Positions 1 to 6,525 of a stretch of 21,160 nt of DNA are shown in pieces. Under the pieces are notes generated by a model. That model ran no database searches, was not told the origin of the DNA, and was given only the letters and a program-made list of their open reading frames with translations. The stretch comes from Calditrichaceae bacterium (GTDB taxonomy: Bacteria; Calditrichota; Calditrichia; Calditrichales; JBFXGD01): NCBI GenBank assembly GCA_050178385.1, contig JBFXGD010000053.1, forward strand, positions 1 through 21,160, given 5' to 3'. The translations under genes were made by a program, and so were the position numbers. Every line of letters starts with the position of its first letter. Within the stretch, counting starts at the first letter, position 1.

Positions 1-120
1 TAACTCTTAACTCTTAACGCTATTAAATTCCTACTTCCTACTTCCCACTTCTTACTTTTCTTCTCTTTTATCTTTTTTCTTAAACTTCCTACTTCTTACT
101 TCTTACTTCTCTTCCTCCCC
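1..120. repeat. Heptamer tandem tract, right end of an intergenic repeat array that runs off the left edge of the window
   Basis: Units AACTCTT, CCTACTT, CTTACTT, CCCACTT plus the TTTTATCTTTTTTCTTAAA block; closely parallels about 8907-9015; abuts the cysD stop codon. Confidence 0.9.
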
Positions 121-1002
121 CTACATATACCCGTCTTTCCTAAGCGTTTCCAGCCCACCGCCGTCGTCCTTGTCCTGAGCGCGGCCGGAGCGTTCAGCGA
201 TATTGGCGAATTTCCCTGTTTTAAGTTCTTCGATTATTTCATCCACATTTCGCGCGTCCGACTCCACCGGTGTAGTGCAGGGATGGCAACCCAGGGAGCG
301 GTAGCGTATACCATCTCCCTGATTGTAGTAAAGAGAAACGGTCGGAATCTTTTCCCGTTTTATATATTCCCAGATATTGAGCTCGGTCCAGTCGAGCAAC
401 GGATGAATTCTAAGATGCGTACCCGGCGCGAAATCGGTTTTATACTGGTTCCAGAATTCAGGCGGCTGATCACCCACATCCCAGAGATTTTCACGATCCC
501 GTGGAGAAAAATAACGTTCCTTTGAACGGCTACCTTCTTCATCCGCGCGCACACCGACGATGATGCCGGTAAAGGCTTCGGTGTTTTTATCCACATCGTA
601 TTTTCCCGTGGCGTGATTCATCCGGAAACGTTTCCAGCTTCCTTCCAGCGTATGCTTTAGGGCATCTGTCTTTAACGCCCTGCAGCATGCGATACGATCC
701 AGATTACCATCCGGAAAAGTCTGTTTACTCGCCAGCGCTTCTTCATTCTGACCGTAGATCATATCCAGATTCCATTCGATCGCCAGACGATCACGATATT
801 CGATCATTTCAGGAATTTTAAAGGCCGTGTCGATATGCACCAGGGGAAAAGGCACATGACCAAAGAAGGCTTTTCGCGCCAGCCAAAGGAGCACGGTGCT
901 GTCTTTTCCAATGGACCACAACATCCCGAGATTCTTAAAATTATTGTATGCTTCACGTAATATATGGATACTTTTATTTTCCAACTGATCCAGATGATCC
1001 AT
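121..1002 (-). CDS. cysD: Sulfate adenylyltransferase subunit 2
   Basis: SIGKDS PP-loop, [45 protein letters not shown] and C-terminal GYM; AGGAG RBS at 1010-1014. Confidence 0.95.
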   Translation of the reverse strand: MDHLDQLENKSIHILREAYNNFKNLGMLWSIGKDSTVLLWLARKAFFGHVPFPLVHIDTAFKIPEMIEYRDRLAIEWNLDMIYGQNEEALASKQTFPDGNLDRIACCRALKTDALKHTLEGSWKRFRMNHATGKYDVDKNTEAFTGIIVGVRADEEGSRSKERYFSPRDRENLWDVGDQPPEFWNQYKTDFAPGTHLRIHPLLDWTELNIWEYIKREKIPTVSLYYNQGDGIRYRSLGCHPCTTPVESDARNVDEIIEELKTGKFANIAERSGRAQDKDDGGGLETLRKDGYM

Positions 1003-1047
1003 TGCTTCACTCCTGACGAATTCATTGATAACTTTTTTATAAATAAT

Positions 1048-1140
1048 ATGATCTGAACTCTCTGATTTCCAAATTCTTAATCATGGTCTTCATTTAATCA
1101 TTTTCACCCGCCAGAGGCGGACAGGTCACAGTTCAGACAA
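1048..1140. repeat. Module A (MITE-like element, left end missing) with nested hairpin F at 1107-1125
   Basis: Aligns with 8447-8538; ends in TCACAGTTCAGACAA, which is also present at 4265-4279. Confidence 0.75.
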
Positions 1141-1165
1141 CTTCTTACTTCCTACTCCCTACTTT

Positions 1166-1243
1166 CCTAACCCACCCCGGCCACGATAAATCGTGCCCTT
1201 CCCCTCCCTTATGCATAAGGGAGGGGATCGAGGGGAGGGTCAG
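1166..1243. repeat. Module C copy 1: 78-bp element with a 28-bp perfect palindrome
   Basis: TCCCCTCCCTTATGCATAAGGGAGGGGA at 1200-1227; outer arms ACCCACCCC/GGGGAGGGT; copies at 3974, 6526 and 8620. Confidence 0.95.
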
Positions 1244-1318
1244 GCCCAGACGCCCCAACTCTTAACACTATTCTCTTAACGCTCTTTTTTCTTTTATCTT
1301 TTTTCTTAAACTTCTTAC

Positions 1319-1395
1319 TTCTTACTTCCTACTTCAGACGCTCTTCTGCGTCTCTACTCTTCTCTTTTTTCTTTTTTCTTTTATCTTTTTTCTTA
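1319..1395. repeat. 77-bp direct repeat containing module H (GTAG-REP-like hairpin), copy 1
   Basis: Identical to 1848-1924 (offset 529); the minus strand reads GTAG-AGACGC-AGAAGA-GCGTCT. Confidence 0.9.
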
Positions 1396-1426
1396 CAATT
1401 CCTACTTCTTACTTATCTTCCCCTTC

Positions 1427-1605
1427 CCGGCCTTCCGAAAAAATCGGTTGAAATTCAGGCGAGCGGAACGACCGAAATTCTTTCTGTCTGAGACCGCTGC
1501 CAGGCGGGCGAGTTAAAGAATTTCAGTGCAGCGAGCCGTTTAATTTCACGATTTTTTGGGACAGCCTTGATCTTTTGGTTCTTTTCCATCAAGGGAAAAG
1601 AACAA
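1427..1605. repeat. Module B: long nested stem-loop followed by a terminal hairpin
   Basis: Arms 1438-1446/1549-1557, 1449-1455/1542-1548 and 1474-1483/1515-1524; hairpin 1578-1587/1594-1603; left half repeated at 8365-8430. Confidence 0.8.
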
Positions 1606-1618
1606 TATATTCCCCGAA

Positions 1619-1807
1619 CAGAAAATTCGCCCCAAAGAATCCCAAACGGTTGCCTTCAGATTAACAACAAGGTTATCCTGACCAGCAGAATAGGGATTCC
1701 CGCTGTAATTGTTCGACCCCTACGGGGCCGCGGGATGTTGTGGGGTCCGATTTTCTACAAAAATGCCATCCCTTCGGGATTGGAGATCCAATTTTCTTTA
1801 CCCGCCC
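1619..1807. repeat. Module D copy 1 (189 bp, two short REP-like hairpins)
   Basis: Gap-free alignment with 6618-6806 and 8712-8900; hairpins CGACCCC-TAC-GGGGCCG (1714-1730) and ATCCC-TTC-GGGAT (1768-1780). Confidence 0.95.
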
Positions 1808-1847
1808 AACTCTTAACTCTTAACTCTTTTCTCTTAACGCTCTTAAA

Positions 1848-1924
1848 TTCTTACTTCCTACTTCAGACGCTCTTCTGCGTCTCTACTCTTCTCTTTTTTC
1901 TTTTTTCTTTTATCTTTTTTCTTA
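1848..1924. repeat. 77-bp direct repeat containing module H, copy 2
   Basis: Identical to 1319-1395. Confidence 0.9.
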
Positions 1925-1973
1925 AAATCCCTACTTCCTACTTCTCACTTCTTACTTCCTACTTCTTACTTTT

Positions 1974-2702
1974 CTACTCCAAATATTTTTTATTCAGAAA
2001 CGCCATGATCTGATTTTTTGCATCATCCAGGCTGTTTTTTTCCATATCGATAATCAGATCTGGATTACCGGATGACTCATAAGCAATGTCAACACCCGGA
2101 ACATTGGATATTTCACCTTTTTCCGCCTTTTCGAACAATCCGTTATGATCAAACTTCCGGGCAAAATCTGTGGATGTTTTCAAATAGACTTCAATATAAT
2201 TATTACATATACTTTTGACAAATTCACGGCTGGTCCTGTAAGGTGACACAAAGGAAGCGATGCTGATGATACCCTGTTTCTCCAGCATAGATGCCAGATG
2301 GCCGACACGTTTGATATGATTATCCACTTCTTCCCGGGTAAATCCGGTCTCAGGGAAAAAAGCGCGAACATCATGACTGTCAAGACGCTGGGTTTTACGA
2401 CCATTTTTCTTTTTTATTTCTTCCAGTATCATATCGGCTATCGTTGTTTTACCCGAAAGAGGGATCCCGGTAATCCATACAACAAAGGCGGGTAATTCAT
2501 GTTTACCATACTTTATTTTATCCCAGCCCCGCTCATGAACGTAAAAAATAACCAGTTTAGCAATCATTTCAAGCAAACCGACTTCTATAGCTGTTTTAAT
2601 CTGTCCGGTAAGCAGAAATACAATTAGTGTTGTAGTTAAAGTCGCTGTAACACGCCATGTCACGGTTTTTAAAATTGTTCTTAATTTACTGTCCTTGTAC
2701 AT
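1974..2702 (-). CDS. cysC: Fusion of an N-terminal DUF2061-like membrane domain and an adenylyl-sulfate (APS) kinase domain
   Basis: N-terminal RTILKTVTWRVTATLTT...YVHERGWDKI is DUF2061-like; the C-terminal part has the P-loop WITGIPLSGKTT, GFTREE, IKRVG and SFVSPY. Confidence 0.8.
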   Translation of the reverse strand: MYKDSKLRTILKTVTWRVTATLTTTLIVFLLTGQIKTAIEVGLLEMIAKLVIFYVHERGWDKIKYGKHELPAFVVWITGIPLSGKTTIADMILEEIKKKNGRKTQRLDSHDVRAFFPETGFTREEVDNHIKRVGHLASMLEKQGIISIASFVSPYRTSREFVKSICNNYIEVYLKTSTDFARKFDHNGLFEKAEKGEISNVPGVDIAYESSGNPDLIIDMEKNSLDDAKNQIMAFLNKKYLE

Positions 2703-2734
2703 GCAGAGGCTTTTCCTGTATTAACGGTAGAAAT

Positions 2735-3016
2735 TTAGTTCTCACTAAAAAAAGAATCATCTTTTTCTTCGGATGTACTTTTGTCATCTTTAATAAAATA
2801 TTTTCCAAGCAAGGAATAAAATGGTTTGATGAGAGCGGTGACCCAAAGACTCCCCGTCAAAAAATACATGGTCAGGAGAAAAAGCCAGGGCGTCGCCGAC
2901 CAGTTTTTATATAAACCGATATTCGCCAAGATCAGAAATATGGCTGAAATCATATATCCGAATCTTTTTATCGGCAAATTTTCTTTAGATGTCTTTCCCT
3001 GAAGAAATCCGCTCAT
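2735..3016 (-). CDS. Small membrane protein, SxtJ-like (93 aa; start re-assigned to the ATG at 3016)
   Basis: ATG lies 1 nt after the upstream TAA; two hydrophobic segments, with KRFG...AIFL and LIKPFYSL resembling the SxtJ N-terminal half; the longer ORF-track start overlaps the antiterminator gene. Confidence 0.6.
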   Translation of the reverse strand: MSGFLQGKTSKENLPIKRFGYMISAIFLILANIGLYKNWSATPWLFLLTMYFLTGSLWVTALIKPFYSLLGKYFIKDDKSTSEEKDDSFFSEN

Positions 3017-3017
3017 T

Positions 3018-3524
3018 TTATACCGCCTTGTTTTCTTCAATTTTTTTAACCATATCCGAATCAATTTCGACTGACACCGACTGCATAAGGCCTTCAATGG
3101 CAACGACAATGCGGGTTTCGCCTTTTAAATTACGAACCATGCCTTTCATCCCCTTAAACGGTCCGGCAATCACATCGACAATCTCTCCCGGTTTGATATA
3201 TTTTTCCAGCCGGAGCGTCTCCGGATGCTCCAAAATCATTTTTAAAGAATCGATCTGCCAGGCGGGAACTACCGCGGGTTCATTTCTAAAATTGACAATT
3301 TTGACGATGCCGTTTGTTTCAAGCACAGAGAATCTTTGTTTATAGTCAATTCGAACAAAAAGGTAGCTTTTGAACAGCGGAACTTCCACCTTTTTCTTAC
3401 GGTCTTTCCAGAGATGCACTTCTGTGACAAGCGGTAAAAAGACCTCCTGATTTTTCTCCTCCAGCAGATCTCTTACCTTTTTTTCATGTCTTGGTCTTGT
3501 ATATATGGCGTACCAGTTTATCAT
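3018..3524 (-). CDS. upxY: UpxY/RfaH-type NusG-paralog transcription antiterminator
   Basis: NGN domain WYAIYTRPRHEKKV...PLFKSYLFV and KOW motif GEIVDVIAGPFKGMKG; located in a polysaccharide locus. Confidence 0.9.
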   Translation of the reverse strand: MINWYAIYTRPRHEKKVRDLLEEKNQEVFLPLVTEVHLWKDRKKKVEVPLFKSYLFVRIDYKQRFSVLETNGIVKIVNFRNEPAVVPAWQIDSLKMILEHPETLRLEKYIKPGEIVDVIAGPFKGMKGMVRNLKGETRIVVAIEGLMQSVSVEIDSDMVKKIEENKAV

Positions 3525-3622
3525 TATTTTCTCTTAATTATTCTATTCAGTATGCAATTGTATCAGTGCCGTGATAAATTAGATTTATGATGGAATTCGA
3601 CCTGTTTTTTTGAATGAGTAGA

Positions 3623-3650
3623 AATTTAACATAATTTTTAGATTTTGCAA
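3623..3650 (-). promoter_or_regulatory. Candidate sigma70 promoter for upxY
   Basis: Minus strand TTGCAA-16 nt-TAAATT with an extended -10 TGn, in an AT-rich region about 100 nt upstream of the ATG. Confidence 0.35.
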
Positions 3651-3973
3651 CATTGACGCATTTTGAATCCGTATAAACCTATTTTTTACTTCATTGTTCC
3701 TGTACATTTATATCTCTCATTACTTTTTCTCAATAGAAATTTCGTAGTAATATTTTTTCTTCCTTTCCTAACCCACCCCGGGGAGGATCAGCTGTACTGC
3801 TTCAGGCGAATTAACCGGTTTCGCCGCGCTTGTCTATCACAGCTGGCACCCGGATCGGGACGCCCCTACTCTTAACTCTTTTCTCTTAACGCTTTTTATT
3901 CCTACTTCTGTACTCTTTTTTCTTTTATCTTTTTTCTTTTATCTTTTATCTTAAAATTCCTACTTCTTACTTT

Positions 3974-4051
3974 CCTAACCCACCCCGGCCCCGATAAATC
4001 GTGCCCTTCCCCTCCCTTATGCATAAGGGAGGGGATTGAGGGGAGGGTCAG
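3974..4051. repeat. Module C copy 2
   Basis: 28-bp palindrome at 4008-4035. Confidence 0.95.
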
Positions 4052-4172
4052 TCTCACTCGAACAGAAAATTCGCCCCAAAGAATCCTCTTTTCTAAATCC
4101 TTTCAAGATAGACAATGGCTTACAGCATGACAGAAACGGAGGGTCACTGTTCAACGGCGACTATCCTCAGTA

Positions 4173-4279
4173 TGTCATTCCGTAGGAATCCTATGCTTTG
4201 TCCGAACAATTTTCCCAAGAAAGCAGAAGATCCCTCTTCTTAAAACCCGCCTCTGGCGGGCAGGTCACAGTTCAGACAA
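4173..4279. repeat. Module E-left plus hairpin F, fused to the right end of module A
   Basis: 4173-4264 aligns without gaps to 6331-6422; 4265-4279 equals 1126-1140. Confidence 0.85.
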
Positions 4280-4355
4280 CTTCTTATCTTTTTTCTTAAA
4301 ATTCTTACTTCTTACTTCCTACTTCTTACTTTCCCTCTCTTCCCAAGTAAGCAGA

Positions 4356-4374
4356 AGATCCCTGCGGGATGACA
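4356..4374. repeat. Module E right arm (AGATCCCTGCGGGATGACA)
   Basis: Inverted counterpart of TGTCATTCCGTAGGAATC(T/C) at 4173 and 6331; variants at 5981-5999 and 6284-6302. Confidence 0.75.
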
Positions 4375-4543
4375 AGCACGGCGGCCGGTGTGATGAACAT
4401 CTACTCTTTTTTCTTTTATCTTTTTTCTTAAACTTCTTACTTCCTACTTCCCACTTCCCACTTCTTACTTTTCTTCTCTTTTTTCTTTTTTCTTTTATCT
4501 TTTTTCTTAAACTTCCTACTTCCTACTTCCTACTTCCTACTTC

Positions 4544-5875
4544 TTACTTATTCTTCTCCCCCATCCAATCCAAAATTAGAGTTGAAATATCCGTGATGGA
4601 GAGACGTTTCTCCGGCAATTCTCGCTCCCGCGCCAGAATAAAAGCATCATCAAAGGTATGCATACCATTAAAAACCGTTTTCTCAAACAGATTTTCTCGC
4701 CACAACGCGCCCTTTAAATCATATCCATCGTATGGGGCAGCGATCAGATCAGGCGTTATTGAATTTGTTTCATTCTGCCCCCGGCCGGGATCAAATTGAT
4801 CATGTCCTCCATAAATTTCCTCCCCGTTTAAGACGTGTTTTATCACCGGTTGTGCTGTCCTGGGATCCTGAATCTGTAATAGCGATTCTTTTAAACTCCG
4901 CCTTATTTGTTCATACTCGAGACCGGGATTAACGGATCCTGTTTTCTCCCTGCCCTTCAGATTTATATAGATCCTTCCGGGATAGAGGCTGTATGCAATG
5001 CTGGAGGGATGTATATCTTTTAAGTTATTCGGGACAGGTTTTGTGAATCGCAATAAACCTTTTTCCCATAACCAGCGGTTGAGATATACTTCTTTTTTCA
5101 AAGTGGTGAATCCGTGATCCGATAAAAGAATCAGGTCCATATCCTTTGGTATTTTTACAATGATGTCTCCGATCAACCGGTCAATTCTCTGATAAAATTT
5201 CATAAAAACAGATTCGTATTTCGGATGCCGGGTCTCCATCAATTCCCAGGTGAAATGATGCAAACGATCCGTTTCCATGATATGAGTCATGAAAAATTCC
5301 CATTTTTCACGCTCAAAATATTCCCACATGGTTTCAATTCTTTTTTCCAAAACCTCATTCAGATCATTTATGAAGGCATCAAGATCTTTTTTTGCCAACT
5401 CAACATCCGAATCGATTCTATAACCTTTTGCCTTTAGAAGAGTGCCGATTTCAGATGGGTATGTTCCTTTTGTAATGTCCGAACCCAGAAATCCGCAGAT
5501 CATGATACCATTGACTTTTTGCGGTGGATAGGTCATGGGTACATTCATGACAAACACCCGTTTATTTTGTTCAGAAAGAATCGTCCATAAGGTTTTTTCA
5601 CGTAAACGGTCCGCAAGGGGTACATACCATTCCATGGTTGACGGATCCCGGTCAATGAATCCCATAATCCCGTGCTGATGAGGCTGACACCCGGTCATAA
5701 AAGATGCCCAGGCAACCGAGGAGACAGGCGGCAGAACAGAATCCATTTGCGCGAAGGATGATTTTTTAACCAAAGTGGCCAGATTCGGCATTTTCCCGGA
5801 ATTGATCATCCTGTTGAGAAAGGAATACGGGGTACCGTCAAGCGCCAGCACAAATATACGTTTTCCTGCGCTCAA
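4544..5875 (-). CDS. Alkaline phosphatase superfamily protein (type I phosphodiesterase/nucleotide pyrophosphatase-like), paralog 1
   Basis: LALDG, PPVSSVAWASFMTG, ETDRLHH, LSDHGF and GMH motifs; TTG start. Confidence 0.9.
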   Translation of the reverse strand: MSAGKRIFVLALDGTPYSFLNRMINSGKMPNLATLVKKSSFAQMDSVLPPVSSVAWASFMTGCQPHQHGIMGFIDRDPSTMEWYVPLADRLREKTLWTILSEQNKRVFVMNVPMTYPPQKVNGIMICGFLGSDITKGTYPSEIGTLLKAKGYRIDSDVELAKKDLDAFINDLNEVLEKRIETMWEYFEREKWEFFMTHIMETDRLHHFTWELMETRHPKYESVFMKFYQRIDRLIGDIIVKIPKDMDLILLSDHGFTTLKKEVYLNRWLWEKGLLRFTKPVPNNLKDIHPSSIAYSLYPGRIYINLKGREKTGSVNPGLEYEQIRRSLKESLLQIQDPRTAQPVIKHVLNGEEIYGGHDQFDPGRGQNETNSITPDLIAAPYDGYDLKGALWRENLFEKTVFNGMHTFDDAFILARERELPEKRLSITDISTLILDWMGEKNK

Positions 5876-6118
5876 AACGCATGCCCCGTTCTGTTATTTT
5901 TTATATTCATTATTATCAATAGATTATTCTTACTTCCTACTTCTTACTTCTTACTTTTCGTCTCTTCCCAAGCAAACAAAAGATCCTTCCTGGATGACAA
6001 GTTTGAGAATGTAATCTAACGCCCCTACTTCTTACTTTTCTTCTCTTTTTTCTTTTTTCTTTTATCTTTTTTCTTAAAATTCCAACTTCTTACTTCTCAC
6101 TTCTTACTTATTCTTCTC

Positions 6119-6225
6119 CCCCTACTTTTTGAATGGCCAAAAAGTAGCAAAAAGCCCTGGCGAATTTTAACTCGTGATAATTATTTCTATTTTTCTAATT
6201 CATCCACTCGGACAGAAAATTCGCC
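6119..6225 (-). repeat. Inverted, diverged relative of module B
   Basis: Minus strand GGCGAATTTT-CTGTCCGAG...CGAGTT-AAAATTCGCC...CTTTTTGC-TACTTTTTG-GCCATT-CAAAAAGTA has the same architecture as 1474-1603. Confidence 0.65.
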
Positions 6226-6330
6226 CCGAAGAATCGTAAACAGCTGTTTTGGGATTAACAACAAGATTATTCCGACCAGCAGAAGATCCTTACTGGATGA
6301 CATCCTTGTGAATCGACAGTGTCCAAATCA

Positions 6331-6428
6331 TGTCATTCCGTAGGAATCTTCTGGTTTGTCCGAACAATTTTCCCAGGTAAGCAGAAGATCCGTCTTCTTA
6401 AAACCCGCCTCTGGCGGGCAGGATGACA
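6331..6428. repeat. Module E with hairpin F (6404-6422) nested in its right arm
   Basis: Ends TGTCATTCC...GGATGACA form an imperfect inverted repeat. Confidence 0.8.
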
Positions 6429-6525
6429 CAGTTATGCCTATTTTCAGGCGCGGGACGCTCCCTACTCTTAACTCTTTTCTCTTAACGCTCTTTTTTCTTT
6501 TATCTTTTATCTTTTATCTTACTTT

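Larger units (their letters stand above)
1003..1973. repeat. Mosaic intergenic repeat array 1, order on + strand: A(F)-C-H-B-D-H with heptamer tracts between
   Basis: Modules A, B, C, D and F recur in other intergenic regions of the window; module H recurs within this array; no credible CDS. Confidence 0.9.
3765..4543. repeat. Mosaic intergenic repeat array 2: C-stub, unique hairpin, C, D-head, E-left, F, A-end, E-right, with heptamer tracts
   Basis: Modules shared with arrays 1, 3 and 4. Confidence 0.9.

Noticed and set aside
1200..1227. Module C palindrome as an intrinsic terminator or integron attC site
   Set aside because: No U-tract follows it on either strand, there are no RYYYAAC/GTTRRRY ends or extrahelical bases, and no integrase is present
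1232..1239. KOPS-like GGGNAGGG octamers in module C, in the same window as ftsK
   Set aside because: They occur on both strands within the module, are expected from its G-runs, and that KOPS consensus is lineage-specific
1567..2013. + strand ORFs 1567-2013, 6356-7027 and 8828-9010 sharing MLWGPxFYKNAIPSGLEIQFSLPA and LLTSYF repeats
   Set aside because: They are translations of module D and of heptamer tracts that are poor in stops on this strand; they are antisense to the operon, low complexity, and have inconsistent starts
3017..3109. ORF-track N-terminal extension of the 2735..3109 ORF
   Set aside because: It overlaps upxY in another frame; the ATG at 3016 directly after the upxY stop is more plausible
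3525..3765. RfaH ops/JUMPstart element upstream of upxY
   Set aside because: No GGCGGTAG-type match was found by eye on the minus strand
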